Under the pieces are notes generated by a model. It did no database searches, was not told where the DNA came from, and worked only from the letters and a program-made list of their open reading frames with translations. A stretch of 64,000 nt of DNA from Azolla caroliniana. Its lineage: Eukaryota; Plantae; Polypodiophyta. The translations under genes were made by a program, and so were the position numbers. The stretch covers positions 12,338,001-12,402,000 of the forward strand of contig JBHGNT010000010.1 in assembly GCA_043228905.1 (NCBI GenBank), read 5' to 3'. This document shows positions 1 through 8,889 of the stretch, piece by piece. Within the stretch, counting starts at the first letter, position 1. Each line of letters begins with the position of its first letter.

Positions 1-971
1 CATCCGGCAAGGTTACAATCGGTGCGCTTAGGCAACCGACATCCGAATCGGTCCGGATCCGGATCGGTACAACTGTTATCCTACTATTATTTACTTCCTA
101 TTATCCGATCCGATTCCGCCTTCCCACTTGTCCTTACTCTTCTGACCGGCCAACACATGGCACGCCCGTGGGAAAGTGCCTTGCACTTCGAATCCACTCC
201 CGGCCTCAGTCTTCCTCCAAAATATCGAGCACACTTTGCTCGATGGTGTCAAGTGGTGCTTCTTCCTCTTGTTCATGTTCCTTGCCTGCCTGGTCTCTGA
301 CCTCCGGTTGGGTAGGCTGTTCTGTAAAAATTTGCTGCTCCGGCTCTGCTTGATTCTGTGGTGCCGGTGCTTCCTCACCGCTTCGTCCGGGTTCTTCCTG
401 TTCTCCCTCCGTTCCTGGCTCTGTTCTGTTACCGGTGTCGCTTTCTCTGGTCTCGACTGGTCGACTCGATATGCCTCCTTCCTCTGCTCTGGTGTCTTCC
501 GGTCTCAGCTCTTCTTCTTCTCCGGCATCGGTCTGCTCCTGCTCTTCTTCAAGTTCATCTTCGGGTATTCCTCGTCGGGGTTGTTCGGTATCGGTTGGTT
601 CATCTTCAGCTGGTCGCTCTCCCTTACTTATCGTGATTGGCGTCGTTCTTCCCTTAGCTTCCTGTCCTACCCGGTCCTGCTCGTATCTCTCCAACTCCAA
701 CTGAGTTGCAAGCTGCCCGTCATCCAACCTCTCTACCAACCCTCGGATTTCTTTGAGGTGTTCTTCTGCTAAAGTGTAGAAATCCTCCGACAATTCTTCC
801 CCAATAGCGACGATACTTTCTTCATCCATCTTGTAGAACCTGTCACCGGTCTTCCTCCGATTCTCGGCATCCGCTCGGAGTGTCTGCAGCTCGGCTGCCT
901 GTTGTGACCACTCCTTCCATAGCTTTTCCGTACTTTCGTTGATGCTTGCCTGAGCTCGGGTACTCCATCTT
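1..971 (-). mobile_element. Gypsy family A 3' end (partial 3' LTR 1-155, inverted PBS-like site 158-173, C-terminal part of extra ORF); duplicate of 1472-2442
   Basis: Near-identical to 1472-2442 at offset 1471. LTR boundary ...CCAACA at 155 is the reverse complement of the TGTTGG start seen at 5523 and 7933. Confidence 0.9.
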
Positions 972-1260
972 CGGGGCGAAGGTATTGAGTGAGCGGCAGC
1001 GAGGATACTCCCAAGTTAAGCGTGAACTTTGGGGTGTCGTTTCGGCAGTCAAGGCCGACAAGGATTATCTGATCGGAACGGAGGTGATCATCAAGACGGA
1101 CTGCCTGCTGATACTCGGCATGGTTTCCGGATGCGCGACGCCGGACCTAGCAATGCTCCGGTGGATAGCGTACATTAAGTCCCTGAACCCGGAGATACGA
1201 CAACGTCATGGCCGACATGCTATCGAGGGCAAGGTTCAATGACGAAGACGACATGGTTTC
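972..1260 (+). pseudogene. Gypsy family D RNase H fragment
   Basis: FGAKVLSERQRGYSQVKRELWGVV...IIKTDC...RWIAYIKS...NVMADMLSR, an RNase H of LTR-retroelement type with a small frameshifting deletion. Ends at GTTTC, the insertion site of family A copy 1. Confidence 0.8.
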
Positions 1261-1626
1261 TGTTATCTGTCTGGCCGGACTAGCCTCAACACAGGTGTCT
1301 ATCTGACACTTCTCCAAAGGGGTGGTAAGGATTGGATGGTAGGTTACACGCATAAGATGATTACAATTAAGCACAGACGGTAAACAATACGAGATACAGA
1401 TAAATACGCAATAATTACTATTGTATTACTTCCGTCAAAACACTTTACAAATCATCGGATCCTTTTATAGGCATCCGGCAAGGTTACAATCGGTGCGCTT
1501 AGGAAACCGACATCCGAATCGGTCCGGATCCGGATCGGTACAACTGTTATCCTACTATTATTTACTTCCTATTATCCGATCCGATTCCGCCTTCCCACTT
1601 GTCCTTGCTCTTCTGACCGACCAACA
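1261..1626 (-). repeat. Gypsy family A 3' LTR, copy A1 (366 bp)
   Basis: Reverse complement of the 390-bp LTR at 5523-5912, with a net 24-bp internal deletion and a few substitutions. Confidence 0.92.
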
Positions 1627-1676
1627 CATGGCACGCCCGTGGGAAAGTGCCTTGCACTTCGAATCCACTCCCGGCC

Positions 1677-3341
1677 TCAGTCTTCCTCCAAAATATCGAG
1701 CAAAGTGTGCTCGATGGTGTCAAGTGGTGCTTCTTCCTCTTGTTCCTGTTCCTTGCCTGCCTGGTCTCTGACCTCCGGTTGGGTAGGCTGTTCTGTAAAA
1801 ATTTGCTGCTCCGGCTCTGCTTGATTCTGTGGTGCCGGTGCTTCCTCACCGCTTCGTCCGGGTTCTTCCTGTTCTCCCTCCATTCCTGGCTCTGTTCTGT
1901 TACCGGTGTCGCTTTCTCCGGTCTCGACTGGTCGACTCGATATGCCTCCTTCCTCTGCTCTGGTGTCTTCCGGTCTCAGCTCTTCTTCTTCTCCGGCATC
2001 GGTCTGCTCCTGCTCTTCTTCAAGTTCATCTTCGGGTATTCCTCGTCGGGGTTGTTCGGTATCGGTTGGTTCATCTTCAGCTGGTCGCTCTCCCTTACTT
2101 ATCGTGATTGGCGTCGTTCTTCCCTTAGCTTCCTGTCCTACCCGGTCCTGCTCGTATCTCTCCAACTCCAACTGAGTTGCAAGCTGCCCGTCATCCAACC
2201 TCTCTACCAACCCTCGGATTTCTTTGAGGTGTTCTTCTGCTAAAGTGTAGAAATCCTCCGACAATTCTTCCCCAATAGCGACGATACTTTCTTCATCCAT
2301 CTTGTAGAACCTGTCACCGGTCTTCCTCCGAATCTCGGCATCCGCTCGGAGTGTCTGCAGCTCGGCTGCCTGTTGTGACCACTCCTTCCATAGCTTTTCC
2401 GTACTTTCGTTGATGCTTGCCTGAGCTCGGGTACTCCATCTTGACATGATGAGCTTGATCCGGTCAACCCCTGCCTTAGCATGCGCATAAGCTTCCTGCT
2501 TTTCCTTCCTTGCCCGTTTTATAATGTCGGACATTATCTGAGCCTGGGCCTCGTAATCTGTTTTCTGCTTTTCATAGGTACTCTGCAGTTTGCTTATCGT
2601 GAAGGTCGATTTTTCCTTTTCTTCATTCCTGATCTTGGTCAGGTCCAGCTTTTCCCGCCTTAGCGCCTCTAATTCCTTCCTTCTCTCCGTTGCTTGGGCT
2701 ATTTCCGCCGACAATGCTTCCTTGTTGGCACTGACCTCATCCATCGCCTTAGCCAGGTCTAATCGGGTCTCTTTGAGCTGCTCTTTCAGCTTCTCTATTT
2801 GCCGGTCGTAGTCTGCTGCCCGTTTTTTGTTGTCCGACTCGGCCTGCTTGTGATCTCGGTAGAGACGGTCGAAGTCCTCCGTCTTCTGCTTTAGGCGTCG
2901 GGTTGCCTGAGCTCTTAACCGATCGTCCCGGTCCTTCTGTTGTCGGAGTTCTTCCTGCAGTCGTTCTATCTCTTGCTCGGCATGTCGTCGTAGTCGGTCC
3001 TTCTCCTTTTGCAGCTTCTCTTTTTCTTCTTGCAGTCGGTCATTAGCGGCTCGACCTTTCCGGAGGCCTTCTTCCATTTTTCGTCTGTCGTCCTCCACCG
3101 CTTTCCGCTGCTCCCTTTCTCTTTCCCTTAATGCCTCCTGAGCTTTTAACTCCTCTCGTAAGGTTTCTATTATTTTTTCGGTCTCAGGGCCGGTTTGCAA
3201 GGCTATCGGTTCCGGTTCCGGTTCTGGTTGCTTCCTTGTTGTCCCGACCGGCTCGGTGACAACTTGTGCTTGTTGAATTCCTTCCCTTGCCTGCAACAAC
3301 TCCCCTTGCATTTCCTCGATCTGTGTTCGGAGCGCGACCAA
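1677..3341 (-). CDS. Family A extra ORF ('ORF-X') between pol position and 3' LTR: long coiled-coil plus acidic/Pro-rich tail; 5'-truncated
   Basis: 554-codon open frame, E/K/R/Q heptad-rich, no obvious hydrophobic TM segment. Stop lies about 50 bp before the 3' LTR, sense to the element. Decayed homolog at 57049-57986. Confidence 0.75.
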   Translation of the reverse strand: MVALRTQIEEMQGELLQAREGIQQAQVVTEPVGTTRKQPEPEPEPIALQTGPETEKIIETLREELKAQEALREREREQRKAVEDDRRKMEEGLRKGRAANDRLQEEKEKLQKEKDRLRRHAEQEIERLQEELRQQKDRDDRLRAQATRRLKQKTEDFDRLYRDHKQAESDNKKRAADYDRQIEKLKEQLKETRLDLAKAMDEVSANKEALSAEIAQATERRKELEALRREKLDLTKIRNEEKEKSTFTISKLQSTYEKQKTDYEAQAQIMSDIIKRARKEKQEAYAHAKAGVDRIKLIMSRWSTRAQASINESTEKLWKEWSQQAAELQTLRADAEIRRKTGDRFYKMDEESIVAIGEELSEDFYTLAEEHLKEIRGLVERLDDGQLATQLELERYEQDRVGQEAKGRTTPITISKGERPAEDEPTDTEQPRRGIPEDELEEEQEQTDAGEEEELRPEDTRAEEGGISSRPVETGESDTGNRTEPGMEGEQEEPGRSGEEAPAPQNQAEPEQQIFTEQPTQPEVRDQAGKEQEQEEEAPLDTIEHTLLDILEED

Positions 3342-3557
3342 CTCCTGAGTTGTTGTATGCGTCAGCTGTTGCCTACACGTTTCTTCTTTCTCTAACTAGT
3401 CCGCTACTCCCGATAACTGCACCGAAAGCCATCTCAGCGGCCACCGGCACCGCTAACCGTGTACCGTTGTCGTTCGCGCTCGTCACCGGGTAGGGCCCGA
3501 AGCATCTCCTAGCGAACTTTCGCACCGCCTTGTGCTGATTGTCGAGGTTGTTGTCGG

Positions 3558-4346
3558 TGTCGTAGTGTATTTCGTACACTACGTGAAAAAGTAAAAATAA
3601 TATAACCGATTTAATTACATATAAATAAATAAAATAATATATCAAGATATTTATCACGTGCATAGGGTAGGATTCGAACCCTGCACCTCCACGTAGCCAA
3701 ACGTCAACTTTACCATTATACTACCTTATCTTTAGTGTTCTATAAATAGATTTAATAACTATAAGTGCTTTATTTGCGCCTACCTTTATTAAAAGGTAAA
3801 TCGTGCATTTTTAGAGTGTGTGAATATTTTATAGAAAAAACGCAAGCAACTAAAAAGTGACTCGTGCACATCTAGCGTGCATGAGCACTATATTTAGCAA
3901 ATAAAAGCAAGGATTAGAAAAGCATCACATGCATATTTAGTGTGCATGAACATATTAGAAAAAAAGCATGTAGCTATGCTTAGTCTCTCCCATCACTACA
4001 TAAGGATGGGGAGCACAATGTAATAGGGTGTGAAATATTTGGAAATTGGATATATTTCCGAAAACACCAACCGATTAATATAATCGTGGGATTCACGAAA
4101 ATAATATAATCTATACTTGTGGGATTCACAAGTTTCTTATATTTTTCTTTCAATCTAAATACATATTCTTATCTAAATATTTGATTAATCGAATACAATA
4201 CACTCGTGGGATTCACGAAATTTCAATCTCTCTTTCTAATAATCTATTCATTACTAGCCTCATCTCATATTTTCCTTCCTCCTAGTCCAAAACCTCGGCG
4301 GTTCCCACCCGACTCACGCAACGATCCGGAGCCGAAAGGCACGACA
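3558..4346. mobile_element. Solo LTR (789 bp) carrying a tRNA-like cassette
   Basis: Termini TGTCGT...ACGACA. Flanks TCGG/TCGT form an imperfect 4-bp TSD. Removing it restores the integrase VYDNN codons. Confidence 0.75.
3665..3725 (-). promoter_or_regulatory. tRNA-like Pol III internal promoter (A box + B box) within an LTR
   Basis: Minus strand TAGTATAATGG (A box, 3713-3723) and GGTTCGAATCC (B box, 3670-3680) at tRNA-like spacing. No complete cloverleaf. Confidence 0.6.
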
Positions 4347-5964
4347 TCGTATACCAAGACCTAGTCGCCTTCCTCGATCTTCTTTGGTCGCAACCGGTGT
4401 GTCTGGTTGAACCGGGTCTTGTTCCGCTCCCTTGCCACTCGCAGCTTTTCCTTCGCCTGTATCACGTCCTCCGGCCTCCACTCGAGCTGTCGAATCCGCG
4501 CCGCCAGCAACTCCTCCCGGCTCATTTCGTCCTTCCAATCTACCGCCGCCCATGAAGAAACCGTCTGTTCCACCGGCATAATCAGCTTCTGTCCATACAT
4601 CAGCTCTACCGGCATAAACCCTATCACCGAACTGTGCGTAGTTCGGTCTGCCCATAGTGCGTAAGGAAGGAGCCGCGGCCAATTCCCGACCTGCCCTCCG
4701 CATGCACGCACCAACGCCTTTACGATCGGCCCGTGCCCACATTCCACCTTTCCGTTTGCCTCCGGATTGTATGCCGTAGTGAGGGAGAGTTTGATGCCTA
4801 GCCGGTCGAACATCCAGCTCTCCCCGGTCCGCCACGATCCTCCCGACGCACCTGTACCGACACACTACTTCTTCGATCAGAAACCGGCATACCGTCGTGG
4901 TTGTCTTGCTTTGTAGTGCACGGCCTTCCACCTGGTTTGTTAAGTCTTCTCGTGCAAGCACCAGGTATCGCATCTGTCCTACCCCCATCGGCATCGTCAC
5001 CAAGTCCACCATCCACTTGAAATGGACTGTAGGCGGGTAGGTCGGGTGTAGCTCGTCCCTGTGTCAGACTACGGAGTGCATCTGACAGCTTTCGCAAGTT
5101 GTTACGAACCGATGCATGTCCTGGTACAGCCCCGGCCACCAGTACCTCTCCTTCAGCTTCTCGAACGTGGCCCATGTTCCGCGGTTCCCGGCCCAGGGGC
5201 TCTCGTGAAATGCCGCCAGGAGTTTCCCCTGCTCTTCTTTCTTTGCCACCACTCGGAATGGGATGCAGCTTCTCTTCTTTGGGTGCCTCCATATGCACCC
5301 GTCACGTAGGAAGAATCGGTACGCCTTCTTCCGTACCCGGCTCGCCTCCTCTCTCGCCCATGCTGCGTCTGGCGTCATCGTCCGTAGGAACCTCCCGATT
5401 TGGAGCCACTCCCCATCGTACCTGCTTTCGTCAAATTTGTTAAGCGCCGGAGTGTTCCCTTTCCTCGCCGTTACGTTAGCCGACCCGAAGAAGTCCTCGC
5501 CGACTTCTTCGTCATCCGAAACTGTTGGCCGGTCAGAAGAGCAAGGACAAGTGGGAAGGCGGAATCGGATCAGATAATAGGAAGTAAATAATAGTAGAAT
5601 TATTATTCGGAGGGACGGATTCGGTACAGTTGTACCGATCCGGATCCGGACCGATTCGGATGTCGGTTGCCTAAGCGCACCGATTGTAACCTTGCCGGAT
5701 GCCTATAAAAGGATCCGATGATTTGTAAAGTGTTTTGACGGAAGTAATACAATAGTAATTATTGCGTATTTATCTGTATCTCGTATTGTTTACCGTCTGT
5801 GCTTAATTGTAATCATCTTATGCGTGTAACCTAGCATCCAATCCTTACCACCCCTTTGGAGAAGTGTCGGATAGACACCTGTGTTGAGGCTAGTCCGGCC
5901 AGACAGACAACACTATTTTGGCGACCACGATTCCTGCAAAGTGCAGAGGACAACCGGGGGATGG

Positions 5965-7593
5965 ATGTCTAGACCAAACGACGACCACATCACCGAACGA
6001 GGGGGACGATACACCGAACGCGAGCAACGACGGGAAGCCCTGCAGCAGGCCGTCGACGAGATCCGACGGGATCGGTCATTCTCCAAAACTCTTCGGAGAG
6101 TCGCAGAAGAAGCACTGCAGTTTCGGGTTCTACAAATCCCCGACGAAGGCAGTAGCATAACAAGCCTGCAAGAGGCGGAAACGATACTGCAGACGCTCGC
6201 CGCGGGCGACGGGGACTCGGAAGCATTCGCAACACTTGAGGCGGAGTCGGAAAGCGACGGAAGCGTTGCATCCCGGTATAAAAGCAGCCACGACACACCA
6301 AAGGACCGGGAGGACGAGGGGTCGGAAGACTCAGTAACACCGGCGCCAGAGGAAGAAATAACCCTGGAATTCGGTGACCGGCAACCACCGAGGAAGGCTG
6401 ACCGGATACCAACAACAACCGCGAGGGAACCGAAGGAGCGGATACCGACAACACCCGCGGAGGAACCAACGGACCGGACACCGGAAACACCCGCGGGGGA
6501 ACCAAAGGTTCTCACACCAACGCCAACAGCGGACAGAGAGCGGAGGAAACAGGAAAGTCAGTTGGACGACACGATGCCGTACCCATACCCAAAGTACCGG
6601 GATGAGGCCGACGCGGAGGCACACGTGTACGCATTCCTCCAAACATGGGAAGCCAACCATATCTCCCAAAGATTGACGGAGCCCGAAGCCGAACGATCCA
6701 AAATCACCGAATTCGGCATAACCTTAGAAGGACCGGCGGCCCAATGGCACGCAAAGCACTTACCGGGCAGCTTTGCCACATTCGATGCCTTGAAGGCCAG
6801 ATTCCTCAGGTTTTTTCACAGACAATTTGAGCAAAGGGAATTGGTCGGGCAGTTCTACACCACCCGGCAGGAAGAGAACGAGACTAGGCCACAATTCATC
6901 ATTCGGTTCCAGACCCTGCACAGCCAACTGACAAGAGCACCACCCGAAGATGAAGCCAAAGCAGTCTTTTTGGCCGCACTGAAAGAGCCACTTCGAACAA
7001 TGTGTGGAGTCCTTGATTTCCAAACCAGCACAATGGACCAAGTTATTGATCGGGTTTTAGAAATGGACAAGACTAGCCCCTTCTTGTCGATGGGGATGTT
7101 ACACTGGGCACTCCCAAAGGAGGAAGACCTGAGGTTCCGACAGGCCTTACAATGTACAACATGCCTAAATTCGGGGCACTCAACAGTAGACTGCACCCTG
7201 CGGACACAATGTGTGATCTGCAACTCTCGAGCCCATACAACGGACCGATGCGAATATAACCTGTTAAATCGGCAGGCAACACCGGTTCGACACATAGAAC
7301 TACGCAATCAGAACCCGGACGAGGATCGATTCCGGAGAGACAACCGCTACCAACGCGAACGCGGTAACAGATACGCTGATAGAAGACGCGACAACTATGA
7401 CCGAGAGGAGAGACGCAGAGATAGCTACCCCCGGGACCGGTACGACAGAGACGAATCCCCGGAAGACGACCGACGCAGAGAAGAGAGGCGAAAAGGATAC
7501 GCTGATACAAGACGCGACAACTATGACCGAGAGGAGAGACGCAAAGATAGCTACCCCCGGGACCGGTACGACCGAGACGAAGCCCCGGAATAA
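5965..7593 (+). CDS. Gypsy Gag (retrotransposon gag domain, two CCHC knuckles, R/D-rich tail)
   Basis: FGITLEGPAAQW...FYTTRQ...FIIRF; CTTCLNSGHSTVDC and CVICNSRAHTTDRC. 126-bp tandem duplication at about 7371-7610. Confidence 0.85.
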   Translation: MSRPNDDHITERGGRYTEREQRREALQQAVDEIRRDRSFSKTLRRVAEEALQFRVLQIPDEGSSITSLQEAETILQTLAAGDGDSEAFATLEAESESDGSVASRYKSSHDTPKDREDEGSEDSVTPAPEEEITLEFGDRQPPRKADRIPTTTAREPKERIPTTPAEEPTDRTPETPAGEPKVLTPTPTADRERRKQESQLDDTMPYPYPKYRDEADAEAHVYAFLQTWEANHISQRLTEPEAERSKITEFGITLEGPAAQWHAKHLPGSFATFDALKARFLRFFHRQFEQRELVGQFYTTRQEENETRPQFIIRFQTLHSQLTRAPPEDEAKAVFLAALKEPLRTMCGVLDFQTSTMDQVIDRVLEMDKTSPFLSMGMLHWALPKEEDLRFRQALQCTTCLNSGHSTVDCTLRTQCVICNSRAHTTDRCEYNLLNRQATPVRHIELRNQNPDEDRFRRDNRYQRERGNRYADRRRDNYDREERRRDSYPRDRYDRDESPEDDRRREERRKGYADTRRDNYDREERRKDSYPRDRYDRDEAPE

Positions 7594-7914
7594 GACCGAC
7601 GCAGAGGAAGGAGGCATATCGAGTCGACCAGTCGAGACCGGAGAAAGCGACACCGGTAACAGAACAGAGCCAGGAACGGAGGGAGAACAGGAAGAACCCG
7701 GACGAAGCGGTGAGGAAGCACCGGCACCACAGAATCAAGCAGAGCCGGAGCAACAAATTTTTACGGAACAGCCTACCCAACCGGAGGTCGGAGACCAGGC
7801 AGGCAAGGAACAGGAACAAGAGGAAGAAGTACCACTTGACACCATCGACCAAAGTGTGCTCGATATTTTGGAGGAAGACTGAGGCCGGGAGTGGATTCGA
7901 AGTGCAAGGCACTT

Positions 7915-7930
7915 TCCCACGGGCGTGCCA
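7915..7930 (+). other. Inverted PBS / tRNA-3'-end-like site in place of a polypurine tract (family A)
   Basis: TCCCACGGGCGTGCCA, then TG, then the LTR. No purine tract nearby. Confidence 0.7.
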
Positions 7931-8322
7931 TGTGTTGGCCGGTCAGAAGAGCAAGGACAAGTGGGAAGGCGGAATCGGATCGGATAATAGGAAGTAAATA
8001 ATAGTAGAATTATTATTCGGAGGGACGGATTCGGTACAGTTGTACCGATCCGGATCCGGACCGATTCGGATGTCGGTTGCCTAAGCGCACCGATTGTAAC
8101 CTTGCCGGATGCCTATAAAAGGATCCGATGATTTGTAAAGTGTTTTGACGGAAGTAATACAATAGTAATTATTGCGTATTTATCTGTATCTCGTATTGTT
8201 TACCGTCTGTGCTTAATTGTAATCATCTTATGCGTGTAACCTAGCATCCAATCCTTACCACCCCTTTGGAGAAGTGTCGGATAGACACCTGTGTTGAGGC
8301 TAGTCCGGCCAGACAGACAACA

Positions 8323-8889
8323 GGAAGCGGATCAAAGAGTTCAAAAAGCGGTTCGAAGACGAGCCGGAACCGGCGAGCGAGAGTAACGACGACGATCAGT
8401 TCGGGTCTGGCGGAGAATCAGAGAACGACAAGTGAGGCTGGTTTTCTTCGGTGTCTACCCGTCTCTGGCGCATGCCGGTAGATGCGCGGTTTGGTGGGGG
8501 TGGATGTCGTGAAGAAAACCGGCCATAGGCGGAATCGAAGAAAAAGGCGCATGAACCGGCTCTTACACGGGTGGACGCGAGGATTGATATATTGTACATA
8601 ATTCGTAATTAGGGCGACTGGTGTAAATACTAGGTAGAGCACATTTATTAGGGGATTTTGTGCGTATCTCTGTCGACAGGGACAGGGAATAAAGCAGTTT
8701 GGCTAAGGAAAAGGGGGCACCCCATTTTGGGGAACTATTTAAGGAGGGGGAGGAGGAAGGAGCAGGTATCGCGTGCTAGGAAGGACGAAGTGCTGCTGCA
8801 AATCTGAGTGTCGAGCTCTCTCTTCTCCTCCGGATAGTCTGTTCTAGTCTGTTCTATTCTGCAGTTTTGTGTCCTAGTCTGTTCTATTC
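8323..8889 (+). mobile_element. Gypsy family D 3' end: integrase tail (GKRIKEFKKR), G-rich PPT-like tract 8488-8504, truncated 3' LTR from 8505
   Basis: Continues RLAVPVA from 3438(-). GGTTTGGTGGGGGTGGA|TGTCGT has a homolog at 60918-60935. Confidence 0.7.

Larger units (their letters stand above)
3438..5522 (-). pseudogene. Gypsy family D integrase (HHCC, core, GPY/F), interrupted by a solo LTR and inverted relative to the rest of D
   Basis: FHESPWAGNRG...CESCQ; YLVLAREDLTNQVEGRAL; IVADRGELD; TAYNPEANGKVE; FGPYPV. Frameshifts present. Confidence 0.85.
5523..8322 (+). mobile_element. Gypsy family A copy A2, internally deleted (LTR-PBS-gag-[pol deleted]-ORF-X tail-inverted PBS-LTR)
   Basis: 390-bp LTRs 5523-5912 and 7933-8322 (TG...CA, one visible mismatch). 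PBS TGGCGACCAC at 5919-5928. Flanks GAAAC/GGAAG do not match (see inversion finding). Confidence 0.92.

Noticed and set aside
156-180. TGGCACGCCCGTGGGA read as the normal PBS of a plus-strand element
   Set aside because: The same LTR at 5523 is followed by a PBS and a sense gag in the other orientation, so this site lies at the 3' (PPT) position.
176-772. Hydrophobic ORFs (176-772, 1647-2243, 7073-7912 minus) as membrane or Env proteins
   Set aside because: Antisense shadows of the purine-rich ORF-X/gag frames. No conservation seen in family C.
3665-3725. Functional tRNA genes here and at 56096-56314
   Set aside because: Only the A/B boxes and T arm are present, with no proper acceptor stem or 7-nt anticodon loop.
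5523-8322. Simple intact insertion with TSD
   Set aside because: Flanks GAAAC/GGAAG differ and pol is missing. Explained by the inversion and the internal deletion.
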